Origin: Lama guanicoe
Lineage: Eukaryota
Direction of reading: 5' to 3'
DNA: 64,000 nt
Assembly (NCBI GenBank): GCA_013239625.1
Contig: MU053594.1
Span: 770,355 to 834,354, forward strand
In this document: positions 24,461 to 37,031 of the stretch, one piece after another
How the letters are laid out: each line of letters begins with the position of its first letter
How positions within the stretch are numbered: position 1 is the stretch's first letter
Translations under genes and position numbers: made by a program
Notes under the pieces: generated by a model
What the model saw: only the letters and a program-made list of their open reading frames with translations
Told to the model about the DNA's origin: nothing
Database searches by the model: none

Positions 24461-25709
24461 ATGCCATGTCTGTCTGGGCCACATCAGGGTGACAGTGGCC
24501 AAAGGCATCCTGCCCCACCATACTGTCCACTTCCAGTGGGTTCTGCTGGGGACACCTGCTCAGTTGGTCTGCGCCTTCTACTCCACAGTGAGGAAGCCAC
24601 AGGGATCTCTCAGACAGTGGTGCCTCCAGGCCTTTGGGAAGTCGACTGAGGCTCCTCCTCCCATGCCTGGCCTCACAATGAAGCAGGAGAAGTGTGTCTT
24701 CAGGGATCCGTGCGGTACCCACTCTCCGTCAGCCTAACCAGGTAAGCACTTCAATGGGGGCTGAGCACAAGGCAGAGAGGGAGCAAGACAATTCTTGGGA
24801 GCTATTGGAAGAAAGAAGACTTGCTCCCTGGTTCATTCTTTTCTCCTGGCAGGAAACCCCAGCAAAAGGCTATTTCCGATGCTCAGACATTGCCTCTAAA
24901 CCTCTCAGCAGTTGATCGTGGTTGGCAATGGCCAAGTGTCCTTCTAAAATCCCAAAAGGAGAGCCTGATTCTCAATCTGGGGTTTGGGGATGAAGGGTGG
25001 AATGAAAGAAATCTTAGATGGGTGGTGGAGAGCAAGCCAGGAAGAAAAGGCTTTGGGCCAAGCTCACTGTTAGCAGGATTACAGCAGCTCAGGTGGGGTG
25101 CACGGGCATTAGTGGGATCGGGGTGCGGGTGAGGGTAGGAGCTGGTTTAGGATCTGAGGCAGCCAGGACGGGGGCCTGAGACCCCCATCTCTTCAGTCGG
25201 GCAGACCTGGATGAAAACCCTGGCTGCCTGGCTGTAGGAGTCGGGTTATAGGACTGCCCAAGCCGCACTTACTTCCTCTGTAAAGTGACAACCATCAAAA
25301 CAACCTCATAGGGTTCTTGGAGAGAGAAACTGCACGTGGTCACTGCGCCTGGCCCTAATACATACTTTATCAAAGCGTGATGATTAGCTGTCAGTATGTT
25401 ATTTGCAAAAAGTCCTGGGGAGTGGCTGGATAACTTTGCAGAAAAAGTCAAGCAGCAGCACAAGCAGTCATGGTTATGAGTGTGTGTCACCACCGAAATC
25501 ATTTCAGTGGTTTTCAAACCAGTCCCAGTGGGGACAAGACCCAACAGCTGGAGGTCTGTCTTGGAATTTAAAACCCTGACCAGGGCCCACGAGCCACCAT
25601 CCAGACACAGGCTGCCCCCGACCCCTCCGGGCTTTGCGTGTTGTTGCCCCAACAAGGTGGGTGTCAAGGATGCAGGCGCGGGTGAAGATGGAGGAAGGAG
25701 GCCACTCAC

Positions 25710-25834
25710 CGCTCGGTACTTGACCAGGTAGTGTCTGATGGGGGAGCCGCCGTCGTCCTGCTTGATCAGGTTCACCTTAATAGAGTTTCCATCCTCTCCC
25801 ATCTGCCCTTCGAGCTTAGGCGCGCTGGGTTCCC
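25710..25834 (-). CDS. NCAM1: NCAM1 exon 13 (FN3-2 first part), 125 nt
   Basis: tttcag|GGGAACCC...CGAGCG|gtgagt; EPSAPKLEGQMGEDGNSIKVNLIKQDDGGSPIRHYLVKYRA. Confidence 0.98.
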
Positions 25835-27652
25835 CTGAAACAGCCAGTTAAGGCGTGTGACATTTTGGTCCACAAAATGGAAATCCAGTCCATCTGAAGG
25901 GGATGTAGTGATGGGGTGGGGCTGGACTCTTTTCTTGCTTTCTCCAAAATTCAAATGGTTAATGAGCAATAAGTGTGAAACTTCGAATTCCAGTTAGATG
26001 CCTCAGACTCAGGCTACTGTCCCATTATATCCCAGTCCTTTCACCATTTTAGAGAGAAGCCTTTTTTCTGTCCCTCACTGGTGCTTGCACTTTTTCCTAG
26101 CTGTGCTTACAACTGCAGACTTAACTTTTATGAACTTGAAATATTTCAAGGAACAGCCTGAAATATGGGAAAATGTAATCATTTAAGGAGAAAACTTACA
26201 TCCATAAAATAAATTTTCAAAGCAGCCCAGTTTTTTCCCCTGGATATATGATTCCTCCCAGGGGTGTCTGGTCCCTAACGGAGTTGGAATGATGCTGCAT
26301 TCTTATAATCAGCTTTGCACGAATTAAATTTTATGACTTAGGTTCATCAAAAAAAAAAAAAGCTTCCAATCATGATCAAATAAAGTGCGATTTGTCACAG
26401 CAAATGTCCTGCAAGTATTCTGCGTTTATGGGGTCAACAGCCTGAGTGGTAATCCTTGGTACCTTGTATTAATGGAACGATCATTAAAGTCTTTCTATTT
26501 GTGAGAGGAGAGAGGGGGAAATAAGTCTTCAGCATTTCTCAACAGAAAAAAAAAAGTCGATGTTTCTCTTTTCTCGCAGTAGCACTGTGAACCCAAGGTC
26601 AAGAAGAAAGATGAACTTGTATGTGACAAACTACCAGGGTTGGGATGGCTCTGCAGTAAGATGCTGATTTACTTTAAGAGAAACTAGGTCATTAGTATAT
26701 GTCGAAAGCAATGAGATGAGAAAGTGTCTGTTATAAAAGGTTAAAGTGAAGATTTAAGACACTCGGGAACCCTGCACTTCCTGTGGGAATCATCTCTGCA
26801 TGCATTTTATGACCTCGGACAGCTCTGGCGAGCCTATAAGACAGTGAGCTTCCGGCTGGGCAGTCCTGGTTTGTTCTCTGGAAGATAGAATCAGACAAGG
26901 GACAGAAGTGCCAGGGAAGGCTTGTCACCGGGCTTTGGACCTCAGCACTCACAAGTGTACCTTTGGCCATTTATGAGAAAGCTGCTGGCCAAGTCAGGCC
27001 AGCACATCCTCCTTTCTCAGCTACTCTGGGGACCTCAGTGGCCGAGCATGCTTATTTCCTCTTTGAGACAAAGAACCAGACAGATAAAGCTCAGGAGAGC
27101 CCTGCTACTCAGCCTGGGCCAGCAACACGCACACCACCCGAAAGTTCAGTTAACAAGCTTGCAAGGTGATCTGTGAGCACTTGTACTAGTAATGGGGGCA
27201 CGTGAAAGTGCCAACAGAAAGGACGGGCGATCTTAACGTCTGAGGGATGATGTATTTGGAAAAAGATGCCCTTATTATTCCTTTTTCTTCAATCGGTAAT
27301 TCAGGAAAAAGAAAAATGAAAATAAAAACATAAATGAGCACCAGGCAAAGATTTGTCCTGTTTTTACGCCACTGCCTAGCAACTAGCACTAATTATTCAG
27401 GGGAAAATACTTAGAGATTTGGTTTCAATAATGTCGAGGTGTGAATGCTTTTCACATTCTTTTGGATCATTCTGAGGCTTGGACAATAATTCAGTTTTGT
27501 CTTATACCATTCAGAAATATCCAGTGCTAAAAGGGAACTCACAGGGGAGTATTTTTTTACAGGACTGAAGGATGTCTGAGTCAATTCACCAATGCTGAAC
27601 AAGGGCAGAGGAGACACAGTAGAACTTTAAAGACTCTATTCTCTCACTGAAT

Positions 27653-27764
27653 TAGGGTGCCCACCTCATCCTGTTAGTCTGGGACTTTCCAGGGGTTGGC
27701 ACTGTGAGTCCTTTATCCTGGAAAAAGCCGTAGTCCCAGGTGAAACGGGATGTTGGTGACCCTG
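27653..27764. mobile_element. MER81-like hAT MITE
   Basis: TIR-like tagggtgcccac ... ttggtgaccctg, 112 bp, flanked by 8-bp TSD-like cactgaat/ggctgaat. Confidence 0.7.
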
Positions 27765-30700
27765 GGCTGAATGAAGACTTATGTTAATCACTATAGATTT
27801 CTCTATTTAGACCTGCAACATTGATTCTGTAATTAATGGTCACTTTGCCTTAAGGAGGAGGGAAGGAAGAGGCTTCAATGGCTCTTCCAACACACTCACC
27901 AGGCAAGGATCTAGTCTTTCCTTCAAGGCTTCCTGGGAAGGGAAGTGGAGATTACTTTGCTGGCCACTCTGCCCCGCACCTTCCTTACTATTTCCTCTCA
28001 GATTTGAGCAGTATGGGTTTCAAAGTCTGCATCAATGCCATGTAACACTGAACTCTGCTTTGGGGGCAGCGTCTGTTGAGAAGAGGCACTCTCTCTGATG
28101 TTTGTGAAGATCCCTTTAGAACTAAATGCTAAGGATGCCACAGTGGGGCCCAGAACATCTGTGGCCTTGGCCACCATATTTGCAAACTGCCAGATACTCC
28201 CCAGGGCTTCTTGCTCTGACATCACTGTGACACCGTGACAGCCACTATGCTAGGATGAACCATCAAGGACACCCTGGCTATTTTCATGACACTGTAAAGG
28301 ACAAAACAGAAAATACAGGGCGCTGAGCCCATTTTAGGGAGCTGCACCCCAGGATCAACAATACCATATCTCTCAGGCACAGAGTTGCCCCCCCTTTTTG
28401 TTCGTTTTTTAAATAATTTTTAAAAATTTATCTCAAAAAGTCCTGTCTTTGAAAAGAGACCCAAAGGGTCTTCAAAGACATACGGACAAAAATCTCGCCA
28501 AGGAATCCCCGTGGAAACCAACAGCCCCAATAATGGGACCCTCTTATCTTTGGATTTGAAAAAATACAGTGGGAATCACAGAGAAACCACTAAAAATTAG
28601 ACCACAGAACACAGTTTCACCATTCCCAGGAAATCACAATACTACAATTTGCTATCATTTTATCCAAGTGACTACCATGCAACTCTGATATGGATTACTT
28701 TCTCACAGAATTTAGAGCGCTTTATAAAAATCATATCATGTAGAGTGCTTTAAATATAATTTATTTAACAAACGTATATTCAGTACCTATTAGGTACCAG
28801 GTGGTCCATGAAACGTCAGAGTTTCCAAGGTGATTAAGACAAGGTTCTGTTTACCAAATGGAAAGCTTTAGTTACGATCTATTCTTTCGAAAATGGTGGG
28901 GCCCTCATGCAAAAACCTAGCCCTCCCTATGACGATTTCTAAAGGAAGATTGCATTCAACTAACATCACACAGATGCTGACCAACTTTATGGCTATGTAA
29001 CTTGCTGTAAGTGCATAAAGATGTGGAAAGAACAATCCTTGTTTAATCATTTGTCTTATTCACATTCAAATGTTAACTGCAGCCAATGGGGTTCAAGAAA
29101 CGATTTCCTAAACTCTCTCTGCAAAAAGAATGTTCCAGTCATGCCTGAGGAGGGAGGGGCTGACGCCAAAAGAAATGGGCCTGGCATTCAGGGCACTGGC
29201 TGCTTTACTGAACACATTAGGGGAGGAAATTATTTAGAGGGTCCCCATGTGCACTCTGTTCTGAGATGGCTGCTCTGATTGAAATCATTATGGGTAATTT
29301 CAGCAAAACCAATATTGTAATTATTTGTAAATGTTGGTTTGCGATTCAGCAGCAATCGGCAGGTTGCTCCAAGAAAACCCCTGGGGTTAATTATACCCTC
29401 TGAGTTTAACGTCAGCTATGAGTCAAATTTTCCCCCCAAATATTTTTATGTAAAGACTAAAACAGCAGTATTTGTAAAAATAAACCTTGTCAATAACAGA
29501 TATGAAATAGCGGGCAGTTCTGGTATCTTCCAGAAGAACGTAAATCGTGTATGCAAGGGAAAAAAAAAAAAAAAAAATAAAACTGTACCAGAGAGACCAC
29601 ATACAGTCAAAACCATCATAGGCAGGTCCTGTAAGTTCCCCTTAGAAACCGTAATTGAAATGCGTATTTCTGGCCATGCAGATTGCAGGTTCTTCTTTAT
29701 AATTATTGTGCTACTGAGCCCTAAAGTCGGAGTCAGTTTCATGTCTTTTCCCTCGTCAGCAGAAGCCCTGGGATCAGAAAACGAGTGCCGGATGGCTTGG
29801 ATTCCACAACAAAAATTCCAGCAAGCCCAGGGTGTTTGGACAGCAGCTGCGCATCTTGGAAGGAAAACAAAATTCTGATTCTCACTCAAAAAGCCCAAGT
29901 ACCAAGCGTTGCACGTTCTGATTGAAATGCTGAGGGGCCAACGGGCCTCCCTCAGACGGGCCGGACCTGGGTTCTGTCTTCACGCACTTTGCTTTCTCTC
30001 CCATCAGGACCCACACAGAGTTTCAGGCATCTGAGTGGAAGCCAATGATGGATGTACAGCCTTCACAGAATCTCTAATAGGATTTTCTGGCATTAAAGAT
30101 ACTGTTCCTTTTGTTTATCCTAATGCCTGCTCCTGTTTATTATTTCTTGCAAGCCATTTGAATCTTGTGTATGCTCTTTTTCTTATTTGTTCAAAAAAGT
30201 CCAAAGGTAAGATTTAGTTGTGATGATATGAAGCCTATTTGATTTTTCCAATCCAGAAACATTCAACATTACATCAAGAGGTGAGAAGTTTGCCTGGTCC
30301 TCAGAGGATCAGCAAATGACCTCAGGGAATCAGAATTTAGTTATTAATCCATTAATTCTCCTTCCTGAGATCAATCTCTCAGCCCTAGACATCAAACGAA
30401 CGAAAGTGATCTATGCTGCACACACTCCTGGACTCTCAGAATCTCCCCGATGCGCCTTTGGCAGCCGACCTGGCTATTCTATTCTGAGGTGGTTTTCCCA
30501 AAAAAGCAGCCCACAGTGCGTGGACTGGCAGCAATTTGTCTCAAACGTCTGTTTTTGTCTCCCCCAAATCAGGCGTATGGAGTAAAGTGTTCTTTTTCTC
30601 CCGAGCTCTTTTCTCTTTATTGTTAAGGATCTGCTGTGCTAGTGTGACCTGACTCTTTGCCACCCTGGTCCCTGGCTCCGGGGAACTCTGGGATACAGAA

Positions 30701-32949
30701 CGGGCAGGTATGGGCACAGCCAGGTTCCTCGCTTCTATGGAGAGAGGATGCTTCGCTCTCCGAGACCAAGCTCACGGAGGCATCCAGTCCACACACTCTT
30801 TCCAGCATCATTTTTCTCATCAGGGATTATGAATGTGAGTCTGTGATGGGAGGTGGAGGGGGAGGCATGGCAGTTCTGAGTACAAATGAAACAGCAACAA
30901 ATGAACTCTGACAGACCTGACCACAAAAATACCAATTCCCTTCTTGTGGGTGTCATGAAAACACCAACAGATTAATTGATCAATTATCTTTGTTTCATCA
31001 TCCTAAAAAGACACTGTGACCACGAAGGTATAGTTTGTGGTTATGGGGCTGATCTAGGCTGAGGAAGTTAGGACAAAAATAACTGCTATCACCAACAATT
31101 ATAATTGGGCTCCTGCCTCCCAGGCCACAGGAGGGGCTCGGCACACCTCCAACACTACTTCATGGATGTCAGATTCATTATTCAGAAGTAGGAGGCTCCT
31201 GGGACGTTTCAGCTCTCGTATTGGTAAACCTGAGGGAAATGGGTGCTTTTGGAGGCTCCCGACCCCTGTCCAGGGGATTTGGGCTGATACACATCATTGA
31301 CTTGGCCCCTTCATGCTAGCTCCCTAGCCTGGTCACCACCAGGGCAGGACATCCTTTGGAATAAAGGCAATTAGAGCAGAACCCCCAGTGCAAAGTCTAT
31401 GTCGACCTGCCCGAGACCGTGGCAGTCCAGACACACAGCTGTAAAAAAATAAAAAGAGTGGGTGGAAGGGGTGGTTAGTGATGTTTTCAATCTAAGAAGG
31501 AAGAGTGGATGTTAAAGAGTTTAGTTCAGCAGAATCAGCATTTCCTAGTACGAGTCAGTGTCAGTAGCTAAAGAAAAAAAGATCATTATAAACGGTGGAG
31601 GGGAGGGGTCCATGCTCAGACATGCAGCACACTGACATGGGGGGCATGCAGGGGTGTCTCATCACACACATGCTGGGGTCAAGGGGGTCCCATTTATGCA
31701 GAGTCCTCGGTAGCTGACGGAGTCATTGGAGGAACTGACCCAGCAGTGACGCAATGTTGTGATATTTAGAAAATGAACTTTGGCATTGGGGGAGGGGCTC
31801 AGATTTTCTTGTCCAGCAAACCCACTCCTGTGCCCCTGGGCCAGGTGCCTGAGTGTCCCTGTCGTGAATCCCTGCGAGCAGAGCTCTGCGGGCTCAGGAC
31901 CCAGGTGGTCCTGGGCTGGTGCTCAATGTCTCTGTTCACCTCCCTTCTCCTTCTGGTTCAGTGAACACCGTGGACAGAAACTGAGGGTGCATGGAACACC
32001 CAGTACATGTTAAATGCATCCTAGGCAATTTGGGGGGGGACAGGGGGAGTGGACACGGAACACTGGATTCATCAACTGTGGGTATACAACCCACCCACTG
32101 CGTGATTGAAAAACCCCCCTCCAGGCCCAACTCCCCTGGAAACCTTCCTGACAAAAGCTTTGTTTGTTTTCATTGTAAATTTCATTTGCTCCGGCTTCCC
32201 CATTCCCTTCGACTTTATTATTAAAGACCATTTCCTGCTGCTTGCTGCACATCTGAGTGACAGTCCTCTGCCTGTCCCTTGCAAATGGCAGGAGAGGGGT
32301 GTTTTGATGCAGGAGGGTGACCATACTTTGGAATGCCACAGGCTCTCAGTGATTTTTCAGTACTGGCCACATTTTTTTACTGATAGCCAAGACCATGGCT
32401 AAGGTGTGTTTCTAGGGCAACCCTGGGGAAACATCTTCAAACATTCCTTGCGTGGCTCAAACTGTCTGGAAGAGACCTTTTCCCAGAAGTGTGAATTAGC
32501 TTCCCCCTCACGCTTCATTCTGAATCACGGCACTGCGCAGAAATGACCAACCTCGGGTTTAAAGAAGAAACTAACGAGTCTCAACCCAACATCTGCTCAC
32601 ACCTCCGATTTCACGGAGAAGGTCCGAGCCTTGCCCCCAGAACATCAGCCTCTGAGCAGTCACTTCAGCTTCTGCAAGGGGCCTGTCTCCCTCTGGGAAA
32701 TAACGGACTCACATGTTTTGGGTGGAATTTGGAGTTACAGGCAATCGTCGGCTCCCGGGGTTCTTTCCTCGGCCCTAACACTCACAGATGGAGATAATTT
32801 TTTAAGTGAGGTTAACACAACAGAGGTTCCCTTCTTTGGGGACGTCACCCCCCACTCCCTTCCTGGAAACGGTAAACATCTCCTTTTTGGAAACGAGGAT
32901 GCCTCCCGTCCAAAACGGTGTCCAGGAGTCTGGCTGTAAATGGGACTAA

Positions 32950-33270
32950 CTTGCGGGGCAGGGTGGCCATGCCGGGAGAGGGGACGCCCTCAGAGGCGGT
33001 CAACGCGGAGGGTGAGGGCGGCACACACAGGGCTCACGCACGCGGGGCGGCCCAGGGACGGAGCACATGCGAGGCGAGCGGCGGATGGTTTTGTACGTGT
33101 GGATGTCGCCCAATCAGCTCTCAGAGGAGCGAGGTCGCCGGGGACCCCCGCATGCACGGGCGCCCTGCGGGGTTACTGCGGTTAGTTTCGCTTCCGTGAT
33201 CAGTGCGGCCCGTGCGTGTCTCAGGTTGTGAAATAAGCAAAAATTTGCCAGCGAGGAGAGAACGGATCGC
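32950..33270. promoter_or_regulatory. Small intronic CpG-rich patch
   Basis: Dense CpG with GC box (ggggcggc), CCAAT (cccaatcag) and ETS-like cttccg. Confidence 0.4.
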
Positions 33271-34147
33271 CTGTGACTCCCAGGGCAGGTTTGAACGGGT
33301 GTCTGATTTTACCGGGGAAAGCTGTGAGCAGAGGCTGCCTTTTCTCTTTACATAAGTGAGAAATGTTTCCCCAAGGCTGTGACAGTCACAGTATTAACTA
33401 ACTATTTTGTCACTCCTGTGTGCTTCATTAGGCTGTAATTTCATTTCCTTTGCCGCAAGGGTCAATGTGTGCTTCTCGATCACGGGGAGATACCGGTCAC
33501 GGTAACTGTCAAGTGAATTTTGCTTTGATCTTTCTTCCCTCCTGTCCAGGGGGGAGGCCCACTTGAAAGTGATGCCTTGGCCATCACGGCCAAACTGGTC
33601 TCATTCCAAATTCTCAGATCTCTTATTTCAGAAAGTTCTCAATCTGCATGAATTTTATGAAACACTCTTGTTGGTTTCAAGCAACAGCCTTTGGTATCAA
33701 CACGTTTCTCTTGGTGGTGTGTTCAAGGTTAGGTTTTCATGGAGCTGTGACATTTTAGAGCAACTGTGGTTTTTAGAACTCCTGGCCAAAGTTAAGCAAC
33801 AGTCCTATAAAGCTCATTTGCAACATTGCTTTCTGGGCATCAATTCTGATGAACTATCTGGGAAAAATTCAAGTGTGCAAACTGCTGTAGCTAAAGTGAG
33901 TTTACTGTGGATAGCAGTTTGTACGGCCAGATTTCGTGGAGCAAAATATTCAACTGAAGCCTGTCATGGTATCGGATTGTCATGTCAGGGCTGTGAAGGA
34001 TGATGAATTCTGGATGTGCATTGAGAACAAGAGGAAATCTCTCAAATGGCTTCGCTTAGGAAATCCGAAACAGGAAGAAATGAGTGGGCCCTACGCGCTA
34101 GGCTGTGGTCCCAGATTTATTTCACTAATCAGAACAAAGAGCTTTAC

Positions 34148-34150
34148 CTT
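34148..34150 (-). CDS. NCAM1: NCAM1 AAG triplet microexon, 3 nt
   Basis: ggtgaacag|AAG|gtaaag between MSD1c/SEC and exon 13; gives Q-G instead of R at the exon 12/13 junction. Confidence 0.85.
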
Positions 34151-34918
34151 CTGTTCACCAGCGTGGACGACATCATCACCACCATGCAAGCCACATGACA
34201 AAGTCACATGATACGCACGCACATGATTGGTTGAAAGGAAAGTGGAGGAGATCACATGGAAAATACAAAAAAATTAAAAACTGATGTAAACAATGGGCAG
34301 GGAGAAAAAATCAACAACAAAATCACAGACTAAATAAAAGGAGAAATTAAATCAAATTAGCAGCATATATAGGAAACATTGGGAGGGCGGTCAAACTGCC
34401 CGGAAATAGAAGAATTATAAATCATAAAGAGCATTTGGTTAACGACACCAAGTAAGCATTAGATACAGCAGCAACACTGCATATTAATACCACATCGAGG
34501 AGCATGTCAGCTTGTTTTGAAAATGGGGAGGTGTCTCTGTCAGGACCGAGGTGCCAAAGTCAATCCCGGGGGACTGCTGAAGGAGAAAAAAAGGCAGGTT
34601 ATTCTTCACAGATTCCAGAAACGTTCTCGGCATCCTTGGGAAGCAAGGGTAATGAAATGGAACCTGGTCAGGAAGGGCCAGTCCCATGACTTTTAAGGCG
34701 CAGACTGAGTGTCCTGTAAGAACAAAATATCACATGACGTTAGGAAAAGTCATTTCACGTTTCTTTTGGTGCAGCGAGGAGGGGGACATGGGCTGAGGGA
34801 GGTTCAGTGGATGCAGGCTAGAGAAGGCAGCCAGGGACTTCCTCTCAACTTCTCTGGTCATCCCCACCCACGTTATCCTAGGAGCCCCCATGAGACACCC
34901 CAACCAAGACGCAAAAAA

Positions 34919-35276
34919 GCCACGAGTTTCTTCTCTATGTCTGTGAGCTGGCTTCATTTGGTTATACTCCTTAGTTTGCTGTGTTTTTTAGATTCCACAT
35001 GGAAGTGGTACCTACCATATCGGTCTTTCTCTGTCTGACTTATTTCACGTAGCATAACGGTTACTAGTGGGGAGAGGGATGGGGGAGGGCAATATAGGGG
35101 TAGGGGATTAACAGCTACAAACTATTAGGTACAAAATAAACTATAAGTAATATAGCCAATATTTTAAAATAAGTATAAAGGGAGTATAACCTTTCAAACT
35201 GTGATTCACTATATTGCACACCTGCAACTTCTACAATATTGTACAGCAACTATACTTCAATAAAAAATTTAAAAAG
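34919..35276 (+). mobile_element. Short L1 3' end with 5' inversion
   Basis: 34919-35057 is reverse-oriented L1 end sequence; 35058-35276 is forward L1 3'UTR ending aataaaaaatttaaaaa. Confidence 0.8.
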
Positions 35277-36962
35277 TAACCAGGAAGCAGTATAATAAAT
35301 ATTCTAATGAAATTTAATAAAAAGAGGCCAGTGCAGAAAGGGAATAGGTTTCCTCCTGGTGGTTGAGACAATGGCTCTGTCAACACTGAGCACCAGAGAC
35401 TGAGCCCCCGGCCCAGTGAACTAAGAGTGTGACATTAAACATGTGCTCGGGCATCTTTGGTTAAAGTTTAAAGTTGTCTCTTTAGACTTGTGGCTGAATG
35501 GATAAGACACACATTTGATTTTCACAACAAAAAACCAGTTTTCTTATTTGGATTCCCCTATATTCCTTTTTGTCCTATGTTATATTTACATCTGATCTGT
35601 TAACTGAATGACTCTGCCTCGTCAATGGCATTTTGGGTTTCCCACCTAAACTGTCACAGGCCAAGGGGTGTTTTGGCTCTTACCAGTTGAAGCTAAGAGA
35701 AAAGTAGGGCAAAGAGCGCAGGTGAAGATACCTTTCTGCCCAAAGCACATCACTGTTTACAAATAATTCGAGAGAAATGCTCCAGTCGAGGCACGTGGTC
35801 CCTTGCCGCTGTGAGCTGACTGAGCGTTCACTTCTTACTGTCTGACACCGCACAGGGCCTGGGACATTCCAGCCAAGGGTGCCCTGCAGGGATCTTGGAC
35901 AACTGAGCAGATTCTCCTTTGATTTTACTTAGGATTCTCCATTCATGCATAATTACGAATGGCTCAAAACACACACACATTAGCCAAAACAGGAGACACT
36001 ATTTCTATTCACCCTTATTGACTGATGATCGATGGATTTTTGGATGCTTTTGAGCTACTCCACTGTTAGTTCCGCTGCAATTCACATCTGCTACATTTTG
36101 CCTTACGGTTGAGAAATATGTTCCTGCTAAATGCAGGCTGCTGCCCAATCATGACCATCTTTCCTTTATCCCAGTATCCACTGGGACCTACAGTTTGGGT
36201 CGGCAGTCAAAGGGTTGCAAATCAAAAAGACTCAAACTTTCTTCCCTTTGGATGTCGCCACTAAGCATTTTATCTGTGAGCAGAAATGTCTGATGTTTAA
36301 AAATTAAACATATGTCAGGGGAGAAACACCTCATTTCTCCTTAAGGAGAAATCTGGATCCAAGATTGTGTTTTACTTCCAGTGTAGACCGATCCAACAGC
36401 GAGACACCTTAAATATGACCCGAGTTGTGCAAACCGCATTGTGTAGTCTTTCCCTGCCACGCCCGGCACATGCTCTGCACCCGAGCTGCAAAGGACAGGA
36501 GCATCGCTGTTAGCAGAAGAAAGGGGGCTGTTAGTTTCACTCCTTTCCCAAATGCAAAGAAACCCATCACCTGAATTAAACCCACGGGAGCACAGTTCAC
36601 TGTCGCCTGCTGTGCTCTGCTGACAGAATGAAACCTCAAAAGCATCAGCAATTAAAATTCACTGCAGCACACACACACAGAACACCAAGAAAGCAGACCC
36701 TTAGCTACATTCTGCAGGAGAAAAAAAGCCATTTCACGCAACACGAAGAAACTCTTCTCTTCTCCGTTCAATTATGCATCACAAACCTTGGCCCAGGGAG
36801 TGGAGCGGGAGCCACACTTCGCATTCCTGCTTTCTGCCTTCTGCTCTGACTGCTCTGAATGGGATGCACGTCATTTCTCCTGTGCTCTCAGAAATACGAT
36901 AAAATCTAAATGCACACAGCTGTGGACACCCCATCCATCGACGCCCCGCTTGACACACAAGC

Positions 36963-37031
36963 TCACTTCATTAGTGAATTATAAAGACTAGCATGGAACC
37001 TGTTACAGGTTGTGATGACATGTAATGTCTT
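36963..37031 (-). pseudogene. NCAM1: Degenerate counterpart of the NCAM1 SEC (secreted isoform) exon coding part
   Basis: C-terminal CNRFHASLYNSLMK* resembles human SEC CNMFQAGLHNALMK* (recalled), ~0.7 kb past MSD1c; expected acceptor reads catgg and there is a +1 frame offset. Confidence 0.65.

Noticed and set aside
29339..29898. 179-aa and 150-aa opposing ORFs
   Set aside because: Span an A homopolymer, show no domain similarity, and fit chance intronic ORFs
31960..31982. RE1/REST-like motif gaacaccgtggacag
   Set aside because: Mismatches in the left half-site and tail; too weak to call without data
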